NCBI RefSeq assembly: GCF_006345805.1
Contig: NC_043000.1
Coordinates: 156,364,001 to 156,428,000, forward strand
DNA: 64,000 bases
Direction of reading: 5' to 3'
DNA from: Octopus sinensis
Taxonomy: Eukaryota
In this document: piece by piece, positions 13,201-28,450 of the stretch
How positions within the stretch are numbered: the first letter of the stretch is position 1
Layout: each line of letters opens with the position of its first letter
Notes under the pieces: model-generated
Seen by the model: only the letters and a program-made list of their open reading frames with translations
Told to the model about the DNA's origin: nothing
Databases searched by the model: none
Translations under genes and position numbers: made by a program

Positions 13201-13888
13201 ATCTTTCACGGATTTTATTTCTTGTTTAACGGTTTTCTACACTCTCCGTATATTAGCGATTTTTTTTGACAAGGCACAATGCAAATGTTTGTAGAAGAAT
13301 GGTATGGCCGAATGCTTGATGTATGATGAATTATTTATTTTATAGTAACTTGGTAGGCTAAAAAGGGGAAAGAAAAAAATCATGAGCCGAAAGGTGATTT
13401 GAAATCTATGCAGAAAGCTCTAAGAATATATACTATAAAATTCTTAGTTCGCTTCTCAACCATTACCATGTACTCACAATCTTAACGTTATATATGGTTG
13501 ATTTATTGTGTAGGTGAAAGGCATAGGATTTGTATGGGAAATATGAATAGGATTGTGACAGGTATAATATTTTTTAAAAGTACTATGTTAACCGCCTAAA
13601 TAAAAAGAAAAGAGAAACGAAGATACATATAGCAGTACATTGAAATCGAATGGTAGACAAGGGTTTTATGAAAGGTTAACTCTATTCTATAACAGTGGTC
13701 ACCTAGATGGAAAAAATTACTGTCTGATTAACAAATTGCAAGTACGGACCAATGCATTAACAACGTAATAGTATAAACGAATGTTTTCTTACATAATTCA
13801 ATTTATAGCTGTGTTAAACGAAAATTTACGGGCTTCAAGGTTTATAAAACGTTAAGAAAATCTCTGTAAAGAAGCATACTCACCTATG

Positions 13889-13964
<76 letters not shown>

Positions 13965-14032
13965 ATATATATGTATATATATGTATATATATATGTGTAT
14001 ATATATATATACATACATACACACACACACGC

Positions 14033-14073
<41 letters not shown>

Positions 14074-14145
14074 TATATATATTCACTCTACCAACATCTT
14101 ATTAATTAGGCCCTTTGATTGTACTAGCTGCATAAAACTACTACA

Positions 14146-14183
<38 letters not shown>

Positions 14184-14254
14184 ACACACACACACACACA
14201 AAATGTGTGCTTTGTATATATACATGTGTGTTTGTGTATGTATACATGCATATA

Positions 14255-14316
<62 letters not shown>

Positions 14317-14325
14317 ATCTGTCTG

Positions 14326-14365
<40 letters not shown>

Positions 14366-14404
14366 AATATTATCTATCTATCTATCTATCTATATCTATA
14401 TCTG

Positions 14405-14445
<41 letters not shown>

Positions 14446-14496
14446 ATCTGTATCTATCTATCTACTATCTATCTATCTATATCTGTCTATCTATCG

Positions 14497-14542
<46 letters not shown>

Positions 14543-14607
14543 ATCTGTCTATCTATCTATCTATCTATCTCTCTCTATCTATCTATCTATCTATCTATAT
14601 CTGTCTG

Positions 14608-14647
<40 letters not shown>

Positions 14648-14748
14648 CTATCTATAATTATCTATCTATTATCTATCTATCTATATCTGTCTATCTTCTA
14701 TCTATCTATCTATCTTCTATCTATCTTCTATATCTATCTATCTATCTA

Positions 14749-14795
<47 letters not shown>

Positions 14796-14800
14796 ATCTG

Positions 14801-14849
<49 letters not shown>

Positions 14850-14864
14850 ATTCTGTCTACCTAC

Positions 14865-14915
<51 letters not shown>

Positions 14916-14922
14916 CTATCTG

Positions 14923-14955
<33 letters not shown>

Positions 14956-14976
14956 AGTCTTCTATCTATCTATCTA

Positions 14977-15024
<48 letters not shown>

Positions 15025-15025
15025 C

Positions 15026-15058
<33 letters not shown>

Positions 15059-15090
15059 ATCTGTTCTATCTATCTATCTATCTATCTATC
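14255..15090. repeat. Long interrupted (TATC)n array, ~830 bp
   Basis: Direct reading. Confidence 0.97.
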
Positions 15091-15200
15091 TGTGGTGTGT
15101 ATGTGTGTGTATTTATATATATATATGTTTGTTCTGTGTATTGTTGACATGCGTGTTTGTGTGTTTATTTGTGTGTGTGTATATAATATATATATATAAT

Positions 15201-15266
<66 letters not shown>

Positions 15267-16117
15267 GTGTATACACATGCAAACACCCGTTTTGAGCCAG
15301 AGCGATCACAACTACCACACCCAAATGACACCAGAATAAAAAACCACCACCACAACAACAACAACAAAAAACAAAAACAGCACCAACAACCCTTTCAAAA
15401 CAAAACATCCATTGTTATAACACAACCAATGCAACGATAACTATGATCATCCTCATCACTACCGTCATCACCAATACATAGAAAGAACAATTACGACAGC
15501 AGAGTAATAGAATAGCCAATAACAATGTAATCAATCACTCCAATAAAATTTAAATTCTAAGATATTTAATGACGGTGACAGCTTCAATAACGAGCAAACG
15601 AAAACGCACACTCATTCATACACATATACACGTATGTGTATTTTGTGTGCGTGTGTGTGTGTGTGTGTGTGTGCTGTGGATGTGCACGTGCACATGTGAT
15701 TGTAAAATGTATAATTCTTATATTTAAACGCAAAGTTAAAAAAAAAATTGTGGGAAACTACAACTATACAACTATAATTTACCTTATGAAATACAAATGA
15801 AAGCAAAGTCGCGAACTGGTATCTTAGTGCATATTTCTGTTCTAGTTAGTATTTTGTCAACTCGCGAGGGACTGGAACTTACATAGGCAACATGTTAATG
15901 TGGACACATTATCATGTAGAATGCTGCTCTACATGTTTGCGCGAAGCAAATAGTTCTGTGTTATTACCACAAATCATTGATTCGTAATATAGGCTATAGA
16001 TAGAGCTAAGAAAGGAAAAAGGGGCTGAAAAGGTCTCGAAAGTCTCTAAATCTAAATTTCAGGTAAATTCATATATTTGTCTATTTCTCTATGCTAATAT
16101 TAGGATTTTCTCGCACG

Positions 16118-16200
<83 letters not shown>

Positions 16201-16499
16201 GTCTATCTATCAGTCAGTCTGTCTGTCTGTCTGTCTGTCTGTCAAAAATATTTGTTAAGCATAGCATCCTTTGAGGTAGCTGTAGGATTTCCCCTCAAAG
16301 GTGATAGCAATATATATGTCCAATCCCGTAGTTGAATATCTTTAAAAAATCAGATAACACAAAAAGAAACTGATGATTACACAGAAAACACATTTGTAAA
16401 ACATACATTTGCATCTTGACACACAGAGGTGGTGATAGCCAAAATTTTCATAATACTATTGCTAGCATGGTGACCCAGAAAGAATCATTGGACATATGT

Positions 16500-17830
16500 A
16501 GGTTCCAAGGAAAAAGAAATATGGAAGAAGTGTGTCACAAGAGACAGTCTTCTCGCTCGAGGACTTTATTTAGGAAATGGTAAAGCGGAAAGTAGTTAAC
16601 CTTTGCTTCTCGAAAAACGAAAAGGGCTTCAATATGCTTACAAAGGAACAGTTGGAAGAATCTCTGGCAAAAGTGTGGAACGGTGTGTATTTATTCGGCC
16701 GGGGGCTAGAGCATACAGAAGCGCGTGTCTGGTCTTTAAGAGCAAGAACAAGGCAGAAGGACAGGCAAAGTCAGTGCGTCACACGCTGTCATGTATTTGC
16801 GGCAAAATATCTGAACAGTCTAAAATGGACAGAGACATTGCTTGTGACACTGACACTCGTCTCGTTTTCACTTTACGGCGGGGAACGAACAGGTGATGAG
16901 TCAGAGGGAACACAAAGTAAGATGTGATCAAGTTGGGGCTGACATGAAACTCCTAATGGTCTCAAAGTTATTTCGTAGCTGTAATTCACAGTGACATGTA
17001 TGTTGGGGTGGGAGGTGGGAAGAAAGAAAAGCAATTAGGCAGGTGGTGCAGTACAGAAAACACAGTTCTACAAGTGTGATTGTAAGAGCCAGTTCAGGGT
17101 TTTCTGCCGAAAAAAGCTGGAAAAGCAGAGGAAGAAAGAAAGCGGTGGACAATATCAGAGGCAACTGCAGCAACAATAACAGGCCTCCCAAAGTTCTTGT
17201 ATCTAGAGCACCATCGGTCGACAGAGGACGATAGCCGAAAAAAAAAGAAAAAAGAAAACACCTCGTTTCCCAGTGTCTGGAACCAACGGCCAGGAAGACA
17301 AGGAAACCCTTCTTAGTAGTACCATTCCGTCGTTGGAAGGCGGTGGGGGAAGGAAATGGAGGAGGCTGGAAAAGGATTCTAAATTATCGCAGGAAGCAAA
17401 AATAAAAAGTTTAAGAAAAAATGACAACCAAGGGTGTGTAAGACACATGAAGGGGAGCACCCCCGCAGGATGACATGAGATGCAGGGTCGTGTGAAGCAC
17501 CAACGAGATCCTGATTGATCTAATGGACGACCAGAAGGAAGACGTAGCGGACGGTGTGGTGACCGAGATAAAAGAGGAAAAAGGAACAGAATTCAAAAGA
17601 CACACAAATTATATATGGAAGCGAAACCCAGACCACCAATCTAACATCACCAAAAAACAGCCATGTCCGGAGTATGTGGGATGCTTCTTGCTCCATCCAA
17701 CTCAGACGATGCTCATGGACACTATGAATATTTCTGTTTCCAGTATCAAGAGGATAAGGTGATCGGCATCGTGGGCCGGTTCTGGTACGACCCACGCAGA
17801 AGCTTCCCATTTGTATGTAGGTCGCTTTCA
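16500..17830 (+). pseudogene. Decayed gag/ORF1-like retroelement protein (L1/Tx1-type) with a degenerate zinc knuckle
   Basis: GC-richer block of overlapping frameshifted ORFs. 17066-17107 encodes FYKCDCKSQFRVFC, which has CX2CX4HX4C spacing with single-base changes at the first C and the H. No ORF2 follows. Confidence 0.55.
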
Positions 17831-18595
17831 TTTATTATCATTAATGCAATCATGCAACCATGCATCCATCTATCTACACACACATCTTGCTCACAAACAC
17901 ATCTTGTTTAGTTGTATAATATATCTGTGTTAATGTATCAAATTTTAATACCTCAATGCATTTTATATGTTTTTTTTAACTTCCTTCGATTTTATATAAT
18001 TATGTGTCTACATCACACATCCCGTACCTCCTTTGTAACATTTTGTATGAATGAATTGGCAAATAAATAAATATGTTGTCATTATTATTGTCATAATCAT
18101 TATTCAGTCCTCTATTTATGTTACGTGCTTTCACTACAGTATATGCAGTCTTTTACTACGGCTTTGTATTTTCTATTGTAGCTTTGTATTTTCTATAGTA
18201 GTGAAACTATTCTACGCAATATGTATCCAATGCCTAGTAAATGCAGTTTTCTGTTTGCTGTGCAGATTTGTAAATCCTGAGGGGATTTTTGGCTTTTATT
18301 TGTCTGCATCATTTGATTTTCAATGTTATTTTTAGATCAGGGTTATTTTTTATATGTCTCTCTAGATATTATGTTTCTGTTGTGGTAGCCATGAAATTTA
18401 TGTAGTTGTCATTTTTGCTGAAAGTGTTTTGCCAATTTTCTTTAATACATTGTTACGCTTGTTGCGCCTACGTGTTTTACTGTACATGTACACTTCATTG
18501 TAGTTGTTAGTATCCGATTTGTAGTCAATCGGTTTGTATGTATAAGTGAAGAGCTGGTGGCCAATAAACAATTATTATTATTATTATTATTATTA

Positions 18596-18765
18596 TACTC
18601 ACAACAGATTAGACTGTTGGAAAAGAAAAATTCCAAACATTGGGCTTCAAGTAACTTAAGATGTCAAGAACCCTCCTAAGTATCCTAGCTATCCCTAATA
18701 ACGCTGTTTTCTGAAGCTGCACTAAACTGGGTTTTATGCCTATATCCTCTATCCATCTGTTCGAG

Positions 18766-18767
<2 letters not shown>
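18596..18767 (-). mobile_element. 3' end of R4/Dong-like RLE retrotransposon in (TAA)n
   Basis: Minus strand translates WIEDIGIKPSLVQLQKTALLGIARILRRVLDI; (TAA)n on both sides. Confidence 0.8.
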
Positions 18768-18843
<76 letters not shown>

Positions 18844-19107
18844 TATCATCATTATTATTATTCAGTAGTCTTGTTTTTATCTCGTGCTTTCACTTCACTA
18901 CCGAGCGCCGCTCTGTGTGCCTTGGGTATGTGCTGTGATTTTTTTGTGGTGCTCTTATTTTTACTGTATTGAAAGTGTTTTACGAAGGATGTGTGCAGTG
19001 CCTTTCTGTATGTTATATGTACTTGTAAGTCCTGGTGCTTTTGTTATGTATTTGTCTGAATGTTTTTTTATCATACCTAATGCACCTACTATAATGGGAA
19101 TTACTAC

Positions 19108-19140
<33 letters not shown>

Positions 19141-19160
19141 ACTACTACTACTACTACTAC

Positions 19161-19570
19161 CAGCATGTTTTGCCTTCTTTGCTTTCATTTGTACGGGCTA
19201 CATCGAAGTCTCAACAGAGACGTCAAAGACCAGATAGATTTTGCATCTAAAAATTCAAACAGGTGAGGTGTCATACAATTGAAAATCTGATGCCTGTGTT
19301 AAATTAAAACGAAAAATTATTCCTTCTTATAAAATTTATAATAAAATCAAATGAATAAGATTGTATTTACATGGCGGAGAATTTACGTAAGATAAGTATG
19401 ATCTTGTTGCAATTCACTTATTTCGGGGCTGCCAGGGATTTGGTCAACATATTTGTTGGATCCTTTTGATATTATTCCAAGTGCCAATAGGTAATGCTGC
19501 TTTGAAATGCCACATTCTTCTAATTTCTATCTCAAAATCCTTATATTTGCTCAATTTCTCAAAAGTTTTC
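19161..19570 (-). mobile_element. 5'-truncated R4/Dong-like element (RLE C-terminus plus 3' UTR)
   Basis: Minus strand gives KTFEKLSKYKDFEIEIRRMWHFK...KGSNKYVDQIPGSPEISELQ...ILRKFSAM* (stop 19367-19369), paralleling the end of the 31160-32924 element. Flanked by (TAA)/(TAG) repeats. Confidence 0.8.
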
Positions 19571-19581
19571 ATTATTATTAT

Positions 19582-19625
<44 letters not shown>

Positions 19626-21504
19626 ACTACTACTACTACTACTATTGTTATTATATAGGCCAAAAGGAAGAAAGTGAAACCCATAGAGGCAAAGCAAAGA
19701 AAGAAAGAAAGAAATCAAATAACATGAAACAAAGTAAAATCGGAATTTTAAATATTTTAAAAACATCGTGGATTCAAAATGGCTGCAGAGATAAGCTCTC
19801 ATCTTAAATAAAGAGTTTGAATTGGAATTAATGTCTTGTTTCTTTATCTCGAAGTTAAGATGAAAAAAAGAGGTGTTGCGGAAAGGCACTGAACATTTCC
19901 TGCCTCACTCTATCTAACTAAAAATTAAATATCGAAGGAATGGACGGTTTGTTCGTTAGATTATAAATGTATTGAGTTCGAAACGTATTGATATCGAATA
20001 CAGTTTATTGTTTGTTTTATATAATTCATTTATAGTATATTTATATTTAGTTATATACATTTCATTGACTGCTTACTAGTTCTGGTACCTAATGGCTACA
20101 GCTACGTACAGTATAATAGAAGAGAAAGCTACACAATAGAAGGGAAAATGAAAACCAGACAGCTCTAATTGTCACACAATACGAAGCTATAAGAAGTATA
20201 ACAGAATTGTTTACTTTGAGTGGCTTCCATCAAAATAAAGAAGTCCATATGATAAAAATAGTGGGGTGAGGTGGATCGAGGATTTCCAGTTTTCTACACA
20301 CACACACATACACATACACACACACACGAACAAAATCTAATTGGCAACAGCTAACTAAGCCACCAATATATTTTGGAATATTAGTCCGAATAGATTGATC
20401 CGTAAAATCCCATATAAACTATGAGTAATATAGCTTTCACTAAAACGGGGCTCACAATACAATTCAAAAGTCTGCGTTAAAACATTTTTTTCATTGACCA
20501 ACCCTGCCTTGTTTCACATCATTGCTAAGAAACAAAAATGAAACAAAAAGGAAAAAAGAAAATATATACCGACATTTGTTGAAACTGAATCTGAATAAAT
20601 CCTCGCCATTATGTCTGACAAGACACTTACAATCAGATAAGTTTCTATGCACTATAAATCTTTACTTAATTGGACAATGGTTTCAAAATTTATATCTATC
20701 ATCCTCTAACACTTTGAATCAAATGGTGTCTATGTTGTGTGTAGCGTGTATCGTATCTAGATTTAGTTTTTACTAAGAACTGAAACACGTTAAAATAATC
20801 TGTCTGTCTGTCTCTCTATCTATCTGTTTATCTCATTGTTTGCCAGTTTTTTTTTTGTCTTACAGTATTTCTTACAGTATTCTAAGATGAGTGCTTGCAT
20901 ACTGTACAAAGCCGGTCAATATTGAGACTTTATTATCAAGACCTAATATTCTACCTTAATTTGAAATTAGGAATCACATACAAATGTTATCTTGGCGAAT
21001 AAGGGTATCTAATGAGGCATGACTTAAGAAAATTATCAATGTTAAAATATTCCATACAATGGTAAACTATTTCATATTGCGCTGATTCATGCCGGATTCA
21101 GTTAAGACGAAAAAAAATATTCTAATGGATAATTATCTTTTCTATTCACAAAAATATTAATTCGTAGATAATTTATGCTAGTTTCTCTAAATTGTATCTG
21201 CTTGTCTATTTAAATAAATGTCTTAAATCTGCATCAATTTCCTAGAAGGGCACCGTGAATGCCACAACATTTATACAATGGAGAAATAAAGTGTTTATAT
21301 ATTCCAAACAACATAAGCATTCACTTAAAAATAGACCGACAATTAAAACTCCACACATTCTGTTATATGCAAATTCAAAATCATTTGAAGTCATTGCGTC
21401 AAGATATCATATACCATCTAGACCTATAGTGTGTGTGTATATGTGTGTGATTTTATTCATATGCTATAAAGATATATATATATATAAATATATATAAATA
21501 TACA

Positions 21505-21557
<53 letters not shown>

Positions 21558-21631
21558 GTATAATATGAGTGTATGTGTATGTATTTATATACAACAATCA
21601 CTATATATAGATATATATATAATATATATAG

Positions 21632-21666
<35 letters not shown>

Positions 21667-21902
21667 CTATATATATATACGTGACTATAATACATATACA
21701 TTTGCATGTGTATATAATATCTGTACATATCTATATATAATACATATATATACATGTGATTCTACTACATTTGTTAAGTACTTTTTCATTTGCATATGAA
21801 CTCACGCATACTACATGCATATGAACATACATACGCGCAGATATATATATATATACATATGTATGCATGTATACACACACACAAATAATATATATATATA
21901 TG

Positions 21903-21996
<94 letters not shown>

Positions 21997-22189
21997 CATT
22001 CATTGAAACATTCAAAATATGCGCAAACGCGCACATATGTAATACTTCGGCTGAAATATAAATCACAGAAAAAGAATTGCGCCTTTAAGCTCATTGCACT
22101 GTGATTATGTTAGGAAAATACTCCCACCGACGTACATATATCTCCTAGGCTACATACACGTGCGAATACACATGCACACACATATATTG

Positions 22190-22383
22190 TTTCTAAGGCC
22201 ATCATTCTTGATGGGGTAGCGGTCGATAGCATTAACCCCCAATACTTTATTCTATCAAAAGCCCCCCCAAGGATGAAAAGGGAAGCTGATATCGGCGGAA
22301 TTAGATCTCAGAAATGAAAGTGTTGGCATAAATACGACTGGGGAATTTCTAGGTGTTTTGATAATCGTGCCAGCTTGCCGCCT
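22190..22383 (-). mobile_element. Degenerate SINE family C copy
   Basis: aaggatgaaaagggaagctgatatcggcggaattagatctcagaa core and gccagcttgccgcct head. Confidence 0.55.
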
Positions 22384-22423
<40 letters not shown>

Positions 22424-22738
22424 AATTATATATATATACATTATATACATATATATATATGCACTACATACATACGTACATACATATATATATAATATTA
22501 TATATATTATATATATATATATACATTACATATATATATATACACACATTACATATATACATAAATATATTTATATTTATACATATATATATATTCAGAT
22601 ATATTTATATATACATATTTAAATATTCATGTATATATATATACATATGCATTACATATATGCATTACATATATGTATATATATATATACATATGCATAC
22701 ACATATATATGCATATATATATATGGTGTATGCATATG

Positions 22739-22779
<41 letters not shown>

Positions 22780-22962
22780 ATATACATAATATATAATATG
22801 TATATATAATATATATGAATATATATATGTATAAATGTATATATGTATGTATATATGTAATGTGTATATATGTATATATACATACATGAATATATAAATA
22901 TGCATATATAAATATATATGAATATATATATATATGCATAAATATATGCATATGTATGTATA

Positions 22963-23366
22963 TACTCTTTTACTCTTTTACTTGTTTCAGTCATTTTACT
23001 GCGGCCATGCTGGACCACTGCCTTCAGTCGAGCAAATTGACCCCAGGACTTATTCCTTGAAAGCCTAGTACTTATTCTATTGTTTTCTTTTGTTGAACAG
23101 CTAAGTTTCGGGGACGTAAACACACCAGCATCGGTTGTCAAGTGATGTTGGGGTAACAAACTCAGACACAAACACACACATATATATATATATATACATA
23201 TACACATATACGGCAGGCTTCTTTCAGTTTCCTTCTACCAAATCCACTTACAAGGCTTTGGTCGGTTCGAGGCTATAGTAGAAGACACTTGCCCAAGGTG
23301 CCACGCAGTGGGTCTGAACCCGGAACGATGTGGAAACTACTTACCATACAGCCACTCCTGCGCTTA
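22963..23366 (-). mobile_element. Full-length tRNA-derived SINE family B with CR1-like tail
   Basis: tRNA-like head at 23300-23366, core gaagacacttgcccaagg, internal (CA/TA)n, and tail ggccgcagtaaaatgactgaaacaagtaaaagagtaaaagag (minus strand). Confidence 0.85.
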
Positions 23367-23399
23367 TATAAACTATATATATATATTATATATGTAAAG

Positions 23400-23441
<42 letters not shown>

Positions 23442-23564
23442 CAATAAATATATACATATGTATACATATATATAAATTATATATGAATATATATATAATA
23501 TATATTATGTATATGATATATAGATATAAATACACATATAAAACATGTATATATATAATATATC

Positions 23565-23597
<33 letters not shown>

Positions 23598-23682
23598 ATA
23601 TATACGTATATACATGTAAATATGTATACGTATAAATATATATACATATAAATATATATGCGTATAAATATATATACATTTA

Positions 23683-23723
<41 letters not shown>

Positions 23724-23762
23724 AATATATATAATTCTCTCTCTCTCTCTCACTCTATATAT

Positions 23763-23796
<34 letters not shown>

Positions 23797-23836
23797 AACA
23801 TATATATATATGTATATAATATGTGTATGTATCTAG

Positions 23837-23888
<52 letters not shown>

Positions 23889-24333
23889 TATATATATATA
23901 TTATATATATATATATATGACGTTATGCAAACTGGAATATTCATAATGTGGGTGATGGATCAAGATAAGTGATTACATAAATAGGAATACGAAGACAGAC
24001 ATTGATGAACGCAAGCAGGCAGTCAGGCAGGCAGAATATCATCCTCAATCTCTCTGGTTAAATCATTCAAGAACGCAGAATTTGTCGTGTGTAGGCACGT
24101 TGTTATTTGCAATGAGGCTTCGTGTGTAATAAAGGTTTAAATGGCCGAAAAATAATTTAAAGTGTGTCTACATACATGTGTATATATATGTATATGTATG
24201 TATGTATACATGTATATGTATATATGTATGTATGCATGCATATACATATACACATATGTACACACATAAACATATACATACACATACATACATATATATA
24301 TGTACATACATATGTATATATATATATATGTAT

Positions 24334-24376
<43 letters not shown>

Positions 24377-24574
24377 CATACATATATATATATAATGTAT
24401 TTATAATACGTGGCAAGTATATGAGGGTTTTGCTGGAATATGGTGACTCTAAGACACCGAACTACTACTGGACTGCTGACTAGCTATGTATGTTTATATT
24501 CATGTGTGTGTATTTATTTATATATTATATATATATTACCAATGCCTAATATATATATATACATACCTATATAT

Positions 24575-24611
<37 letters not shown>

Positions 24612-25627
24612 ATATGTCTGTATACATGCCTATGTAGATATAGATATATATATGTCTGCATGCACGTATATACATATCGCCAAGTAGACAATACATATAT
24701 ATAGCCATATAAACATATGTGTCAACAGCCAGTCACTTCTTTTCGGAAACATAAAAAATAGTTAATAATAAAAAACTGTGTAAAATTTGAAAATACTTTT
24801 CATATTTTTTTTTTGTCTACGACTTTTTTTAAGTGTTCATTTTAAATATAAGAAGGTAAATTCTTTGTGTTAACGGGGAGGGAATATTGTTTTAATGCTT
24901 GAATCACAAGAAAAATAAAAAGTAAAAAAGAGAAAATCTATAATTTATTTCTGGTATAAAGGCATTTTTTTTTGCTTTTTTTGGTTCTCGTTAAAGAAGT
25001 CTTTGATTAGGCTAATATGGTGATTCTAAGAGAAAGATTAGATTTAAGCGGGATTATTTCATTATCATTTGGTTCTTTTTTTGACTAGGCACTATAGGCC
25101 CTATATATATATATATATTATATATATATATATAATATTATATATATATATGGGTGTGTGTGTGTGTGTGTGTGTGTGGTGTGGGTGTGTGTGTGTGTGT
25201 GTGGTGTGTGTGTGTGTGTGTGTGTGGTATGTTTTTAGAGGAAGTATCAATGGAAACTTGTGACGCTCAGGCCTTTCCCAGGGGCTTTAGCGGCGTAACA
25301 TGTGAAGTAAAATGGCTTTTACTGAAGATTGAAACCGCGAGTCGATTATGGATTTGCAGAGGGTTTATCATTATTTTAGTCATCATCGAATGCCGCTTCA
25401 TAAATGTTTCTGTTGTTTTTTTTTTTATCTGGTTTGTCTAGGCACACAATCACTAATGCTTTAGAGATAGAAAAATGGGAGATTGTGATGTTCACGTGAT
25501 ATGTTCTTTCTCAAAAAGCATTAATACCGCAAGTGACGGCCTCGACTAACTAGAAGCCCAATTTAGTTTCGTTTTACGGTGCTCGGCACATATTTTATAA
25601 TAAATTTCAAAAGTTTTCTTTGCATAA

Positions 25628-25704
<77 letters not shown>

Positions 25705-26843
25705 AAAGGGGTGTGAAGAAAATAGAAGTAGAAAAGAAAAAAAAGTCATTGTCATTATCTGTCTTCATTAAAAAAGTACCTTCTGAAGATTTTGGAAATT
25801 AGAAATTTATATTTCTTATTTTGGCACAACACCAAACATTTATAGTAGAGAATGAGTTGTGTGACGTTCTTGCCATTGCTAGGGGTATTAGTGGCCAAAT
25901 GTGAATTGGCTTCAATCGGAAATCAAAAAAGGCTTAGTAACTCTTGCTTTCTGGAACTCATCACACATTTCGTTCAATTATTATTTGTACTGTATAGTTT
26001 TGCCTTTTTTTTTTAATTAAATAAATACCTCATCGTTATACTATTCTTTCTTATTTTTTTATAATTCGTCTCTATTCATTCTGGCTTTCTTTTCTTTTAA
26101 ATATTTCATGTTTGTCCATTCTATGTGACTGCTTGTATATATGTGTGTGTGCGTGTGTTAGTTTGTATTTGAGTATTCTGTACTGTTTTAAAAGGTAGAA
26201 GGGCAGCGTCGATAGATTCATCAAGTTCCGCGATGAAATTGTTACGATTAATTATTATTATTATCATTATTATTATTATTATTATTATTATATTATTATT
26301 ATTATTATTATTTTATCATATTGAACAAAACTGTAGCTGGTTGTAAGGTGGTTTTTGTGATGCCATTGCTTGTTGTTATAATCACTATTATTATTATTAG
26401 TAGTAGTAACAATAAACATTACATTTTCGCTTGTTTTTCTTTTTTTTTACATTATAACAAATTCGTTCATGATCACAGTTCATGAAAAAGAAAAAAAAAA
26501 CGAAAAAAAAAACTCAGTCGACAAACCGGTTAAACCAACCCCCGCCCCCTGCCACACTCCCACCCACCCACCATTCGAATCAAGGCAACGAACCAGGCAG
26601 GCCACTGATCATTCAAACTATCAATCAAGTGACCAAGCGACTCATCCAGAAACCAAACAACCAACCTAATTCTCAAGCAACCAAGCAACCAAGCAACTTA
26701 GCAGCCAATCATCAACGTAATCACATTATCAAATATACATCATCAAAAGTTACAAAATATCTCTGAAATAGAAAGAATATATTATATGTTATATATATAT
26801 GCATGTATGCGTGTGAAAAATGTTTGTGTGAGTGTGGTGTGTG

Positions 26844-26877
<34 letters not shown>

Positions 26878-26887
26878 CATATATATA

Positions 26888-26941
<54 letters not shown>

Positions 26942-27099
26942 ATATATATAATATATATATATATATACATATATATATAAACACACACACGTATATATAT
27001 ATTTGTCTGTGTGTATGAAGATAACAAAGAAAAAACTAAAAACAAAATCAACAACAATAACAATGAACACTTCGTTGGAAGGGGTATTTTTTTTCCATT

Positions 27100-27388
27100 G
27101 CGTGTTTTAACGTTCATATTTAACGTGAATATCTGTTTCTTTTCCATTGACGATGTTCTGCATTTATCCCTGGAGATATTCCAGTTAGTCGTTAAATTAT
27201 CGCATTTGTTTTAATGAAAAATATCCTATATATTCTCTGAATATATCTAATTTATTTCATTGAAGATATTTCAGATGAATTGCTACTGAATGATAAGATA
27301 TGTATTTCGTTGCTGAAGGTAGTTGTGTTACTGAAGAGCCATCATTTACAACACTGTTAGCAAACGATATCACACTTCTTACACAGAA

Positions 27389-27449
<61 letters not shown>

Positions 27450-27501
27450 ATATATATATATTATATAAATATATATATTTTATATATATATATATACATA
27501 T

Positions 27502-27535
<34 letters not shown>

Positions 27536-27588
27536 TATATATAGTACATATATATATAATATATAATATAATATATCTATATATTACA

Positions 27589-27622
<34 letters not shown>

Positions 27623-27920
27623 CTATAATATATATATAATATCACACACACACCCCACACACACACATATCATATATATATATCTATATTATATATATAT
27701 ATATATGACTATGACACCGTAGTTAATTCACTAAATATTTCATATTCATTTCATTGAACGGTAATTTCACCCACTTGTCGATATATCTTTTAGTGACAAT
27801 ATCTCATCTTTTGCCTTGCGAATATCGTATCTAACTCACTGAAGTTGTTCCATATGTCGCTGAAGATATTCACTATAGTTTCAATGATATCACATTTATT
27901 TTAGCAAATGTATGTTGCTA

Positions 27921-27994
<74 letters not shown>

Positions 27995-28450
27995 TTATAT
28001 ACATATTGAATATATATCATTTCGTTTTGCTGTTGATATCTAATATTATTTGACTGAGCTTAAATAAATATCTGATTTATTTCGTTAGAGATAACTTATC
28101 CTTCTGTTAATCATTTGTCTATTTAATATACTATTTCTCACTACTTCCACTGGGGATACAGTATTTTATTTCTCAGAAAGAATCTCACATATTTATTGAA
28201 GATATTGGAAATATCCGATTTATTTTATTAAACTTCAGTTTTTTTTTACCTGAAGACATCCCATCAAATCATTGAAGATATGTAATTTCGCGGAATCTGG
28301 AATGCATTATCGATTATATTTATATCATATGAAATATATCAGCATTTGAACTGAGGATATACCATTTATTTCACACAGGATAACCCATTTATTAATTGAA
28401 GATATCCCAAGTAATCCGCTGCGAATTGCTAGGCTTTCTACCGAGAAGAT
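27100..28450. repeat. Decayed minisatellite/motif cluster with TGAAGATAT core
   Basis: Exact TGAAGATAT at 27261, 27861, 28197, 28273 and 28397, plus one-mismatch variants (e.g. 27171, 28251, 28352). Confidence 0.6.
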
